A DNA stretch of 25,289 nt from IMG/VR virus record IMGVR_UViG_2698536647_000005, one strand, 5' to 3'. Below the pieces are notes generated by a model, which made no database searches, was not told where the DNA came from, and worked only from the letters and a program-made list of their open reading frames with translations. This document shows positions 15,397 through 23,629 of this stretch, one piece after another; positions within the stretch are counted from its first letter, which is position 1; every line of letters begins with the position of its first letter. The position numbers and the translations under genes were made by a program. The stretch comes from a virus (Duplodnaviria; Heunggongvirae; Uroviricota; Caudoviricetes).

Positions 15397-15470
15397 GGCC
15401 ACCAGACCGCCACTAGCTCATCGGGAAGAGCGGCAACCCAGGTGTTGTGGTACGGGGTTCGAGGCTCCGG
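15397..15470 (+). tRNA. tRNA-like element with a non-canonical anticodon loop (possible pseudo-tRNA)
   Basis: Perfect acceptor stem CCGCCAC/GTGGCGG with discriminator and CCA, a D-arm GCTC-ATCGGGAA-GAGC and a T-arm CGGGG-TTCGAGG-CTCCG. The anticodon arm folds only as stem GCAAC/GTTGT with a 6-nt loop CCAGGT, or as a 4-bp stem with an 8-nt loop; no 7-nt loop is possible. Confidence 0.5.
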
Positions 15471-15482
15471 TGGCGGACCACT

Positions 15483-15558
<76 letters not shown>

Positions 15559-15561
15559 TAT

Positions 15562-15636
<75 letters not shown>

Positions 15637-15831
15637 GTTTAAGCTTTTCGGTCTGCGATGATGGGGTCCCCGGAGTGACTGAAAAGCGACCTAGTTTTGA
15701 ATGGGCGCTGCTTTTTGCAAAATTGCTGTGTGAAAATGCTGACCTTTGGGTTCAGCGCTCATCCAAAAGCATCTCGTTAAAATCCAGTTAACCTCGGGTG
15801 GTTTGTTGGGTGAGGTGCCTCAAATTCAAAT

Positions 15832-15856
15832 AGCCTCGCTTCGGCGAGGTTTTTTC
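15832..15856 (+). terminator. Intrinsic terminator
   Basis: Stem AGCCTCGC, loop TTCG, stem GCGAGGT, then TTTTTT. Confidence 0.65.
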
Positions 15857-16073
15857 ATTTGTAAGACAACCATCAGGAAGCAATGGCTAATCTCATTGAC
15901 TGCAGGAATAAGTTCGGCGTAATTTATTTCTGTGGTGAATCCTTTCTAAGCGAAAGGGCGTTCCAGCCAACTGCTATCTGCAGGTATGCGCGCGACTTTG
16001 CTGGCTGGAGTAGAGTCACCGGGAGGCACCCGGCACCATGACAACTACAATACAAGTTTCAAATTCCTTGAGA

Positions 16074-16101
16074 GCCTGCCATTAAACGCAGGCCTTTTTT
16101 T
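16074..16101 (+). terminator. Intrinsic terminator
   Basis: Stem GCCTGC, loop CATTAAAC, stem GCAGGC, then CTTTTTTT. Confidence 0.6.
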
Positions 16102-16240
16102 ATGGTTTTGCAAACTGCTGCTACGCTTTGAGTTGTGGGAAGTAACTGAATGCCCGGTGGTTCTCCTGGACCGATAGTGAATCAGCCGATACAGCTTCAC
16201 CTCTGAGCATAAGTCTTACTCACACCTACCTTACAAATAG

Positions 16241-16269
16241 TCAACTCATTAGCCCGCTATCAAAAGCGG
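16241..16269 (+). terminator. Intrinsic terminator immediately upstream of the lysis cassette
   Basis: Stem AGCCCGCT, loop ATCAAA, stem AGCGGGCT, then TTTTTTT. Confidence 0.7.
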
Positions 16270-16380
16270 GCTTTTTTTATTTCAGGCTCCGGGAACCATC
16301 ATCGACATGACTGCTTGTTAAATCGTCCCGAGGGCCTGACCCCTTACACACAGCTCCCGCCATTACGCGAGGAGATAGAG

Positions 16381-16629
16381 ATGATCCGATATATGCCTGA
16401 CAAAATTGCATCCGCAGTCTCGTATTGCGTGTCCGGCAGTCTTATTTGTGGAGGCGGCATTTTGCAATGGTTGCACGACCTCGACTGGAACAAGGTTGCA
16501 GTGATTGGCGGATTTCTTATCGGCATCGCCACATACCTGACCAACCTTTACTTCAAAAGACGCCAGACCAAGGCATACGAGAAGGCCCTAAAGAAGGGCT
16601 ACATCACCGCGCCACCACAGGATAACTAA
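16381..16629 (+). CDS. S: Pinholin, S21-like, with a dual-start motif (second ATG at 16393), 83 or 79 aa
   Basis: GAGGAG ribosome-binding site. Two transmembrane segments and a basic C-terminus; IATYLTNLYFKRR matches the P21 S21 pinholin signature LTYLTNLYFK recalled from memory. The MIRYM double start is typical of holin/antiholin pairs. Immediately followed by a SAR endolysin. Confidence 0.8.
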   Translation: MIRYMPDKIASAVSYCVSGSLICGGGILQWLHDLDWNKVAVIGGFLIGIATYLTNLYFKRRQTKAYEKALKKGYITAPPQDN

Positions 16630-16630
16630 C

Positions 16631-17170
16631 ATGGCATCGATCAGAGCAAAACTAAGCGCAGCTATGCTATCCCTGATCGCCGCTGGTGCTTCAGCTCCTG
16701 TGCTGTTTGACCAGTTCATCAGTGAGAAGGAAGGCAATGCGCTCGTTGCTGTGATGGATCCCGGTGGCGTCTGGTCACTATGCCATGGCGTAACAGTTAT
16801 CGACGGCAAGCGTGTCGTAAAAGGCATGACTGCTACCGAAGCGCAATGTAAGAAGGTGAACGCGATTGAGCGTGACAAAGCGCTTGTATGGGTCGATAGG
16901 AATATCAAGGTTCCACTGACAGCGCCACAAAAGGTAGGCATTGCGTCCTTCTGCCCGTACAACATTGGTCCAGGTAAATGCTATCCATCGACCTTCTACC
17001 AGCGAATCAATGCCGGTGACCGGAAAGGGGCCTGTGAAGCTATCCGCTGGTGGATTAAAGACGGTGGCCGCGATTGCCGCCTAACCAAAGGCCAGAAGAA
17101 TGGCTGCTATGGTCAGGTTGAGCGACGGGACCAGGAAAGCGCGCTGGCGTGCTGGGGGTTAGACCAATGA
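16631..17170 (+). CDS. R: SAR endolysin (phage lysozyme with N-terminal signal-anchor-release domain), R21-like, 179 aa
   Basis: N-terminal hydrophobic Gly/Ala-rich segment (LSAAMLSLIAAGASAPVL). Catalytic Glu ... Asp ... Thr spacing (EGNALVAVMDPGGVWSLCHGVT) as in T4 lysozyme and P21 R. Start is 1 nt after the holin stop. Confidence 0.85.
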   Translation: MASIRAKLSAAMLSLIAAGASAPVLFDQFISEKEGNALVAVMDPGGVWSLCHGVTVIDGKRVVKGMTATEAQCKKVNAIERDKALVWVDRNIKVPLTAPQKVGIASFCPYNIGPGKCYPSTFYQRINAGDRKGACEAIRWWIKDGGRDCRLTKGQKNGCYGQVERRDQESALACWGLDQ

Positions 17171-17682
17171 AAATTAATCCGGGTCTTATAGGCGTTGTTG
17201 TTATTGCTGTCCTTTCGGTCGCTCTCGCTAAGAGTTGCTCCAACGCCAGTCGCCTTCAGAGCGATAACGACGTTCTGCGAAGTGACAACTCTATGCAGGG
17301 GCAGGTGATCGCCACCCAGGCATTCAACTTCAATCGATTCAATCAGGTTGCAGAACATGCCAACAGGCTAAACTCCCTGATCGACACCAGCACCGAAGAA
17401 ACTGTAATCGAATACCGGGAGATTCTCCGCCGTGAAAAAACCTGTGATCTGCCTGTTCCTGCTGACATTGCTGGTGGGCTGCTCGAATACGCGTACCGTT
17501 TACGTTCCAGCGCAATGCACGCCGATACCGACGGACCTGACGCAGCCGATGATAGTACCGCTGCCGCCGGCTCAATAACGTACTGCCAGGCTGTGCTCTG
17601 GATTAAGCCGCTGCTGGCCGTGATTGAAAAGGGCAATAACAATTTCGCTGGAATTCGTCAAATAGAGAGCGAGCGTCAATAG
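17167..17682 (+). CDS. Rz: Rz-like inner-membrane spanin, about 171 aa
   Basis: ATG at 17167 overlaps the endolysin stop. N-terminal transmembrane helix (LIGVVVIAVLSVALA) followed by a coiled-coil periplasmic domain. Contains an embedded +1-frame Rz1 gene. Confidence 0.8.
   Translation: MKINPGLIGVVVIAVLSVALAKSCSNASRLQSDNDVLRSDNSMQGQVIATQAFNFNRFNQVAEHANRLNSLIDTSTEETVIEYREILRREKTCDLPVPADIAGGLLEYAYRLRSSAMHADTDGPDAADDSTAAAGSITYCQAVLWIKPLLAVIEKGNNNFAGIRQIESERQ
17432..17578 (+). CDS. Rz1: Rz1-like outer-membrane lipoprotein spanin embedded in Rz (+1 frame), 48 aa
   Basis: My translation: MKKPVICLFLLTLLVGCSNTRTVYVPAQCTPIPTDLTQPMIVPLPPAQ, from a GTG start. Lipobox LVGC and a proline-rich C-terminus, typical of Rz1. 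Below the track's length cutoff. Confidence 0.7.
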   Translation: MKKPVICLFLLTLLVGCSNTRTVYVPAQCTPIPTDLTQPMIVPLPPAQ

Positions 17683-17683
17683 T

Positions 17684-17732
17684 CTTTATCCCTAGCAAGG
17701 GATAAAGCAACCATTATCCCCGCTAAGGGATA
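17684..17732 (+). repeat. Two adjacent hairpins sharing the stem core TATCCC / GGGATA, directly after Rz
   Basis: Hairpin 1 (17684-17707): CTTTATCCCT, loop AGCA, AGGGATAAAG, a perfect 10-bp stem. Hairpin 2 (17715-17732): TATCCC, loop CGCTAA, GGGATA. Neither has a U-tail. Confidence 0.4.
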
Positions 17733-17789
17733 GGCGTTACAGCAGACACTCACCTAATGCCTGTTGCCATTCAGCCAAGGAGCCAGCCT

Positions 17790-18035
17790 ATGAAAAAAGT
17801 TAAAGTTACAATTGCTCACCTTGAAGAGCACTACGAGGGTATTGTTCGAGCCGCAAACGTCACATTCCAGGTTATTCAGAATGAAAGTGTGATAGTGAAG
17901 GATTCTTTATCCGGTAAAGCTTCCCATCCCTTCACTAAAATTTACGCTGTCGATGTTGATGAATCAGCTGTACATGTGATGCATGATCGGCCTGATTTGA
18001 GCTGGTTAACAATTACAGCAGAGCTTGTTGAATAG
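17790..18035 (+). CDS. Hypothetical small protein, 81 aa (cargo cassette gene 1)
   Basis: AGGAG ribosome-binding site 6 nt before ATG 17790; the track ORF extends upstream. No motif recognised. Confidence 0.5.
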   Translation: MKKVKVTIAHLEEHYEGIVRAANVTFQVIQNESVIVKDSLSGKASHPFTKIYAVDVDESAVHVMHDRPDLSWLTITAELVE

Positions 18036-18094
18036 TATTTATTTTGCAGCTTCAATTGCTTAGCATTATCTCCGGGTACCCAAAGGAGATAAAT

Positions 18095-18316
18095 ATGTTT
18101 GTTGCAGAAGGCTTGAAGCCTGACCTTGATAATATAGGTTGGGTTATGGGGTGGGGGGTTGTAAGGAATGCCCCGTGGCATTTAGTCGGTGTTTACGCCA
18201 CCAAAGATGTGGCCGAAACTAAGGCAGCCTCACTAGGTGAGGGCTATGAAGCCCATTATGGCTCACATCGGTTAGGCTCTGACGACTTCATCCACCACAA
18301 CTTCACGCGCAGTTAA
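18095..18316 (+). CDS. Hypothetical small protein, 73 aa (cargo cassette gene 2)
   Basis: AAGGAG ribosome-binding site before ATG 18095. Trp/Gly-rich; followed by an intrinsic terminator. Confidence 0.5.
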   Translation: MFVAEGLKPDLDNIGWVMGWGVVRNAPWHLVGVYATKDVAETKAASLGEGYEAHYGSHRLGSDDFIHHNFTRS

Positions 18317-18338
18317 CAAAAGAAGTTGTTCGATATTT

Positions 18339-18364
18339 AGCCTCGCTTATGCGGGGCTTTTTTA
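18339..18364 (+). terminator. Intrinsic terminator
   Basis: Stem AGCCTCGC, loop TTAT, stem GCGGGGCT, then TTTTTT. Confidence 0.65.
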
Positions 18365-18477
18365 TGCGCATCGCACGCGCACACCGTAGAAAGTCTTTCA
18401 GTTGTGAGCCTGGGCAAACCGTTAACTTTCGGCGGCTTTGCTGTGCGACAGGCTCACGTCTAAAAGGAAATGAAAAA

Positions 18478-19155
18478 ATGAATAAAGATATGGTGCTCAT
18501 ATTACGTGACGATGGCCATGAGCTTCAAACGGCTGAGTATACAGCCCGTTATGATCGTGATGGGAAAAGAACGATTGCCATGGGGCTTTATGAAAAGAGT
18601 CCATTCAGTTTCCGCATTGAACGAGTAACAGAAGATAAAGCCACGGGATGGGCTATTGGCGTCAAAGATGGCAAGGTCTTTATCAAAGATGCCTTTATTG
18701 GTAGTGGCATTGTATCTGCGAACTATAACGTGAAGTTGAATATCAACAATAATGGCATAGAGCACGCTGCCGGTATGGCTGTTGGAGTTGAAGATGGGCA
18801 AAGAAAGGCCGAGTTTAAAGCTGAATCCTTGAAGGTAAATGAAGCCGCTCGATCAACCGTCGGAAACGCCGTGGTATCAGCCTCGAAGGTGAAGTTTAAG
18901 CTTGGCGATGAAATGACGCAGGCCGTCATTGATGCTGTACGTGAAAGCGATCTGCTCACGGCAATACAAGTAAATATCGATGCACAAACAGCCTCACTCA
19001 CCGGCCTGAAACAAGCGATGCACGATGCTGTAAACGATGCAATCCGCAACGCGCTAAAGCCTGGAGGCGCTCTCTTGGGGGCTATCTCGCACCGTCTGAC
19101 GATGGACGTTTGGACGTCTAAATGGGTTGGTTTTCGTGTGTCGATGTGTAAGTGA
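18478..19155 (+). CDS. Hypothetical protein, about 225 aa (cargo cassette gene 3, directly upstream of cos)
   Basis: Start at the internal ATG 18478 with an AGGA ribosome-binding site; the track ORF start at 18349 lies inside the upstream terminator. Appears lower in GC than neighbours (not computed). No signal peptide or catalytic motif recognised. Confidence 0.55.
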   Translation: MNKDMVLILRDDGHELQTAEYTARYDRDGKRTIAMGLYEKSPFSFRIERVTEDKATGWAIGVKDGKVFIKDAFIGSGIVSANYNVKLNINNNGIEHAAGMAVGVEDGQRKAEFKAESLKVNEAARSTVGNAVVSASKVKFKLGDEMTQAVIDAVRESDLLTAIQVNIDAQTASLTGLKQAMHDAVNDAIRNALKPGGALLGAISHRLTMDVWTSKWVGFRVSMCK

Positions 19156-19194
19156 TAATTATTATCGTTTGCGGGTCCTTTCCGGCGATCCGCC

Positions 19195-19370
19195 TTGTTA
19201 CGGGGCGGCGTCCGCGCAGATTCTCGCTATTTATGAAAATTTTCAGGCATTTGCCGTTTCCGTTCTTCTTCTCGCTAATTCATTGTTTTAACTGTAAACA
19301 CCCCCTGAAAAGAAAGGAAATGATAAGCCTTAAAAACGGCTAAATAGCCAGAGGGCGTTTCCTTTCTCTG
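19195..19370 (+). other. cos site (cosN plus cosB) of lambda type
   Basis: TTGTTACG GGGCGGCGTCCG at 19195-19214 compared with lambda CGTTACG GGGCGGCGACCT (12-nt cohesive end). Downstream lambda-like elements: GCTATTTATGAAAATTTTC, R3-like CGTTTCCGTTCTTCTTC (19254-19270), CTGAAAAGAAAGGAAA, R2-like CGTTTCCTTTCTCTGTTTTTGT. The nu1 ATG lies 189 nt after the cosN start; lambda has 190. Confidence 0.75.
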
Positions 19371-19391
19371 TTTTTGTGTATGGAGTGAGCT

Positions 19392-19937
19392 ATGGAGGTC
19401 AACAAAAAGCGTCTTTCTGAAATATTTGGGGTCAGCGTGCGAACCATTCAGAACTGGCAGGATCAGGGAATGCCTGTAGCACGTGGCGGTGGAAAAGGTA
19501 ATGAGGTCCTCTATGAATCTTCCGCGGCTATCGAATGGTATTCCGCACGCGACGCGGCGATTGAGAATGAGAAATTACGGAAGGAGGTGGAAGACCTTCG
19601 TCTTGCATCGGAATCCGACCTTCAGCCTGGTACGATTGACTATGAGCGTCACCGCCTCACCCGAGCGCAGGCAGATGCCCAGGAACTAAAAAATGCAAAA
19701 GATTCCGCTGAGGTGGTGGAAACCGCATTCTGCACGTTCGTGCTGTCGCGGATGGCCGGAGAAGTAGCCAGCATTCTTGATGGAGTTCCTCTGTCGGTTC
19801 AGCGGCGCTTCCCGGAGCTGGAAAACCGACATATTGATTTCCTCAAGAAGGACATCATTAAAGCCATGAACAAAGCAGCTGCGCTGGATGAAATAATACC
19901 GGGGTTGCTGAGTGAATATATCGAACAGTCAGGTTAA
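19392..19937 (+). CDS. nu1: Terminase small subunit Nu1, 181 aa
   Basis: Near full-length match to lambda Nu1 as recalled: MEVNKK ... IRTIQNWQ ... GMPV ... RGGGKGNEVLY ... LSEYIEQSG. Confidence 0.9.
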   Translation: MEVNKKRLSEIFGVSVRTIQNWQDQGMPVARGGGKGNEVLYESSAAIEWYSARDAAIENEKLRKEVEDLRLASESDLQPGTIDYERHRLTRAQADAQELKNAKDSAEVVETAFCTFVLSRMAGEVASILDGVPLSVQRRFPELENRHIDFLKKDIIKAMNKAAALDEIIPGLLSEYIEQSG

Positions 19938-21834
19938 GGGGCTGCAGCACTCTGCGCGCGCGGGTCTACTTTCGCTGTACCGACCTGAGCCGCAAACGGC
20001 GGTTGAATGGGCAGACGATAATTACTATCTCCCCAAAGAGTCGGCCTACCAGGAAGGGCGCTGGGAAACGTTGCCGTTTCAACGCGCGATCATGAATGCG
20101 ATGGGTAACGATTACATACGTGAGGTCAACGTTGTTAAGTCTGCCCGTGTTGGCTATTCAAAAATGTTGCTGGGTGTTTATGCGTATTTTATTCAGCACA
20201 AGCAGCGAAATTCCCTTATCTGGCTGCCTACTGATGGTGACGCCGAAAACTTTATGAAGTCGCATGTTGAGCCGACGATTCGCGATATTCCGTCACTTCT
20301 GGCGCTGGCCCCCTGGTATGGAAAAAAGCACCGGGACAATACGCTCAGTATGAAACGCTTCTCCAACGGTCGCGGGTTCTGGTGTCTGGGTGGTAAAGCG
20401 GCGAAAAACTATCGTGAGAAATCGGTCGATGTCGCCGGTTACGATGAACTGGCGGCGTTCGATGAAGATATTGAGAAAGAGGGATCCCCGACGTTCCTGG
20501 GTGATAAACGTATTGAGGGGTCTGTCTGGCCCAAATCTATTCGCGGCTCAACGCCAAAAACAAAGGGGACCTGCCAGATTGAGCGTGCTGCCAGCGAGTC
20601 CGGGCATTTCATGCGTTTTCATGTTGCCTGTCCGCACTGTGGTGAAGAGCAGTACCTTAAATTCGGCGACAAAGAGACCCCGTTCGGGCTGAAATGGACA
20701 CCGGGCGAACCCTCCAGCGTCTTTTACCTGTGTGAACATAATGCCTGCGTCATTAAGCAGCAGGAGCTGGATTTCACTGAAGCTCGTTACATCTGCGACA
20801 CCACCGGGATCTGGACGCGCGACGGTTTATCCTGGTTTTCATCAACAGGCACCGAAATCGACCCGCCAGACAGCGTGACGTTTCACATCTGGACGGCATA
20901 CAGCCCGTTTACCACCTGGGTTCAGATCGTTAAAGACTGGCTAAAAACGAAAGGGGATACAGGAAAGCGTAAAACCTTCGTGAACACCACTCTGGGCGAA
21001 ACATGGGAGCCTAAAATTGGTGAACGGCCTGACGCGGAGCTCATGGCCGAACGCAAAGAGTTCTTCGGGGCATCCGTACCGGAGCGTGTTGCTTATCTGA
21101 CAGCCGGGATCGACTCCCAACTGGATCGATATGAAATGCGCGTCTGGGGATGGGGGCCCGGTGAGGAAAGCTGGCTGATTGACCGGCAGATCATTATGGG
21201 CCGTCATGATGATGAAGCGACCCTCGTCAGGGTGGACGAGGCGATTAACAAAACCTATCTCCGAAAGAATGGCGTGGAAATGTCGGTATCCCGTATCTGC
21301 TGGGATATCGGCGGTATTGACCCCACCATTGTCTACAATCGCTCAAAAAAGCATGGTTTGTTTCGCGTGATCCCGATTAAAGGGGCTTCCGTTTACGGTA
21401 AGCCTGTCGCGAATATGCCGCGTAAACGCAACAAGAACGGCGTTTATCTGACGGAAGTGGGGACTGATACCGCAAAGGAGCAGATTTATAACCGCTTCAC
21501 ACTTCAGCCGGAAGGGAGTGAACCTCTTGCCGGTGCCGTGCATTTTCCCAATAACCCCGAAATTTATGATCTGGCTGAGGCGCAGCAGCTTACTGCTGAG
21601 GAGCAGGTTGAAAAATGGGTGGACGGGCGTAAGAAAATCGTCTGGGACAGCAAAAAGCGACGAAATGAGGCGCTGGACTGCTTCGTGTACGCGCTGGCTG
21701 CCCTGCGGATCAGTATTTCGCGATGGCAACTGAATCTTGATTCACTGCTCGCGAGCCTACTGGAGGAAGAGGGGAACCGGACCAATAACAAAACCCTGGC
21801 TGATTATGCCAGGGCATTATCTGGAGATGAATAA
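19912..21834 (+). CDS. A: Terminase large subunit A, 640 aa
   Basis: Collinear high similarity to lambda gpA (MNISNSQV ... PQTAVEWAD ... [28 protein letters not shown] ...). GTG start 26 nt inside the nu1 3' end, as in lambda. Confidence 0.95.
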   Translation: MNISNSQVKGLQHSARAGLLSLYRPEPQTAVEWADDNYYLPKESAYQEGRWETLPFQRAIMNAMGNDYIREVNVVKSARVGYSKMLLGVYAYFIQHKQRNSLIWLPTDGDAENFMKSHVEPTIRDIPSLLALAPWYGKKHRDNTLSMKRFSNGRGFWCLGGKAAKNYREKSVDVAGYDELAAFDEDIEKEGSPTFLGDKRIEGSVWPKSIRGSTPKTKGTCQIERAASESGHFMRFHVACPHCGEEQYLKFGDKETPFGLKWTPGEPSSVFYLCEHNACVIKQQELDFTEARYICDTTGIWTRDGLSWFSSTGTEIDPPDSVTFHIWTAYSPFTTWVQIVKDWLKTKGDTGKRKTFVNTTLGETWEPKIGERPDAELMAERKEFFGASVPERVAYLTAGIDSQLDRYEMRVWGWGPGEESWLIDRQIIMGRHDDEATLVRVDEAINKTYLRKNGVEMSVSRICWDIGGIDPTIVYNRSKKHGLFRVIPIKGASVYGKPVANMPRKRNKNGVYLTEVGTDTAKEQIYNRFTLQPEGSEPLAGAVHFPNNPEIYDLAEAQQLTAEEQVEKWVDGRKKIVWDSKKRRNEALDCFVYALAALRISISRWQLNLDSLLASLLEEEGNRTNNKTLADYARALSGDE

Positions 21835-22040
21835 TGGCGACACAGACTGATCTGGATGCCGCCCGCGCTGCGTTGCACGATCTCATGATGGGAAAGCGGG
21901 TGGCAACGGTGCAAAAAGACGGCCGGCGGGTTGAGTTTACCGCGACCTCCGTCAGTGACCTGAAAAAATACATTGCCGAACTTGAGTCACAGGTTGGCAC
22001 CACTCCACGACGCCGGGGACCGGCAGGATTTTACGCATGA
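21834..22040 (+). CDS. W: Head-tail joining protein W, 68 aa
   Basis: Matches lambda gpW ([42 protein letters not shown]). TAATG overlap with A. Confidence 0.9.
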   Translation: MATQTDLDAARAALHDLMMGKRVATVQKDGRRVEFTATSVSDLKKYIAELESQVGTTPRRRGPAGFYA

Positions 22041-23629
22041 AAACACCTGCTTTGTTAGGACCGGACGGTAAAACCGCTCTGCGGGATTATGCCGGATACC
22101 ATGGCGGTGCTGGTGGCTTTGGCGGTCAGCTCCGCGCCTGGAATCCACCGAGTGAAAGCGCAGATGCTGCGTTATTGCCTAATTTTTCCCGTGGTAACGC
22201 GCGCGCTGACGATCTGGTCCGCAATAACGGCTATGCGGCAAACGCGGTACAGCTCCATCAGGACCACATTGTAGGGTCGTTTTTCCGGCTCAGTTATCGG
22301 CCCAGCTGGCGTTTTCTTGGCATTGGAGAGGAAGAGGCCCGGGCGTTCTCCCGTGAAGTTGAGGCGGCCTGGAAAGAATTTGCGGAGGATGATTGCTGCT
22401 GCATTGATGCGGAACGTAAGCGTACATTCACCATGATGATCCGTGAAGGTGTATCCATGCATGCGTTTAACGGTGAGTTATGTGCACAGGCCACCTGGGA
22501 CAGTGATTCCACGCGTCTTTTCCGCACACAGTTCAAAATGGTGAGCCCGAAACGCATCAGCAACCCCAATAACGCCGGAGACACGCGAAACTGTCGGGCG
22601 GGGGTCAGAACAAATGACAGTGGCGCCGCGCTGGGATATTACGTCAGCGAAGATGGCTATCCGGGGTGGATGGCGCAGAAGTGGACCTACATCCCGCGTG
22701 AGCTGCCAGGCGGGCGGCCTTCCTTTATCCACGTATTTGAACCCCTGGAAGATGGGCAGACACGCGGTGCTAACGTGTTTTACAGCGTCATGGAGCAAAT
22801 GAAAATGCTCGATACACTGCAGAATACGCAGCTCCAGAGCGCGATTGTCAAGGCGATGTATGCCGCCACGATTGAAAGTGAGCTGGATACGCAAACCGCG
22901 ATGGACTTTATTCTCGGCTCAGACAGTAAAGAGCAGCAAAGCAAGATGACCGGCTGGCTGGGGGAGATGGCCTCGTACTATACCGCTGCGCCGGTTCGTC
23001 TCGGCGGCGCGAAGGTGCCGCATCTGATGCCGGGCGACTCCCTGAATCTTCAGTCAGCGCAGGATACTGATAACGGCTATTCGACGTTTGAACAATCTCT
23101 GCTGCGCTACATTGCTGCAGGGCTGGGTGTGTCGTATGAGCAACTCTCTCGCAACTATTCGCAGATGAGTTATTCCACCGCCCGCGCCAGTGCTAACGAG
23201 TCCTGGGCGTACTTTATGGGGCGCCGCAAATTTGTTGCCTCCCGCCAGGCCTGTCAGATGTTTTTATGCTGGCTGGAAGAGGCCATTGTTCGCCGGGTGG
23301 TGACACTACCGTCTAAAGCCCGATTCAGTTTTCAGGAGGCGAGAAGCGCCTGGGGAAATGCAGACTGGATCGGCTCCGGGAGAATGGCCATTGACGGTCT
23401 GAAGGAGGTGCAGGAGGCTGTCATGCTCATTGAGGCTGGGCTGAGCACCTATGAGAAGGAATGCGCCAAACGGGGGGAAGATTATCAGGAAATCTTTGCC
23501 CAGCAGGTTCGCGAAACGATGGAGCGTCGCGCAGCGGGACTTAAACCGCCAGCGTGGGCGGCTTCGGCCTTTGAGTCTGGAGTGAAAAAATCGAATGAGG
23601 AGGGGACCGATGACGCCAGAGCTGCGTAA
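22037..23629 (+). CDS. B: Portal protein B, 530 aa
   Basis: Collinear match to lambda gpB (MKTP ... LLGPDG ... YAGYHGG ... FGGQLR.WNPPSES ...). ATGA overlap with W. Confidence 0.95.
   Translation: MKTPALLGPDGKTALRDYAGYHGGAGGFGGQLRAWNPPSESADAALLPNFSRGNARADDLVRNNGYAANAVQLHQDHIVGSFFRLSYRPSWRFLGIGEEEARAFSREVEAAWKEFAEDDCCCIDAERKRTFTMMIREGVSMHAFNGELCAQATWDSDSTRLFRTQFKMVSPKRISNPNNAGDTRNCRAGVRTNDSGAALGYYVSEDGYPGWMAQKWTYIPRELPGGRPSFIHVFEPLEDGQTRGANVFYSVMEQMKMLDTLQNTQLQSAIVKAMYAATIESELDTQTAMDFILGSDSKEQQSKMTGWLGEMASYYTAAPVRLGGAKVPHLMPGDSLNLQSAQDTDNGYSTFEQSLLRYIAAGLGVSYEQLSRNYSQMSYSTARASANESWAYFMGRRKFVASRQACQMFLCWLEEAIVRRVVTLPSKARFSFQEARSAWGNADWIGSGRMAIDGLKEVQEAVMLIEAGLSTYEKECAKRGEDYQEIFAQQVRETMERRAAGLKPPAWAASAFESGVKKSNEEGTDDARAA

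Noticed and set aside
15986-16177. Plus-strand 63-aa ORF in the non-coding block
   Set aside because: It reads straight through an intrinsic terminator hairpin at 16074-16101 and lacks a ribosome-binding site; the region is more likely non-coding.
18349-18477. Upstream extension of the 225-aa cargo gene (track start at 18349)
   Set aside because: The track start lies within the terminator hairpin of the upstream gene; the internal ATG at 18478 has a ribosome-binding site and follows a plausible promoter region.
20390-21729. Alternative-frame ORFs inside terminase large subunit A (20390-20692 plus, 20548-20739 minus, 20941-21207 minus, 21343-21729 minus)
   Set aside because: The terminase frame is supported by collinear similarity to lambda gpA over its full length; these are frame shadows.
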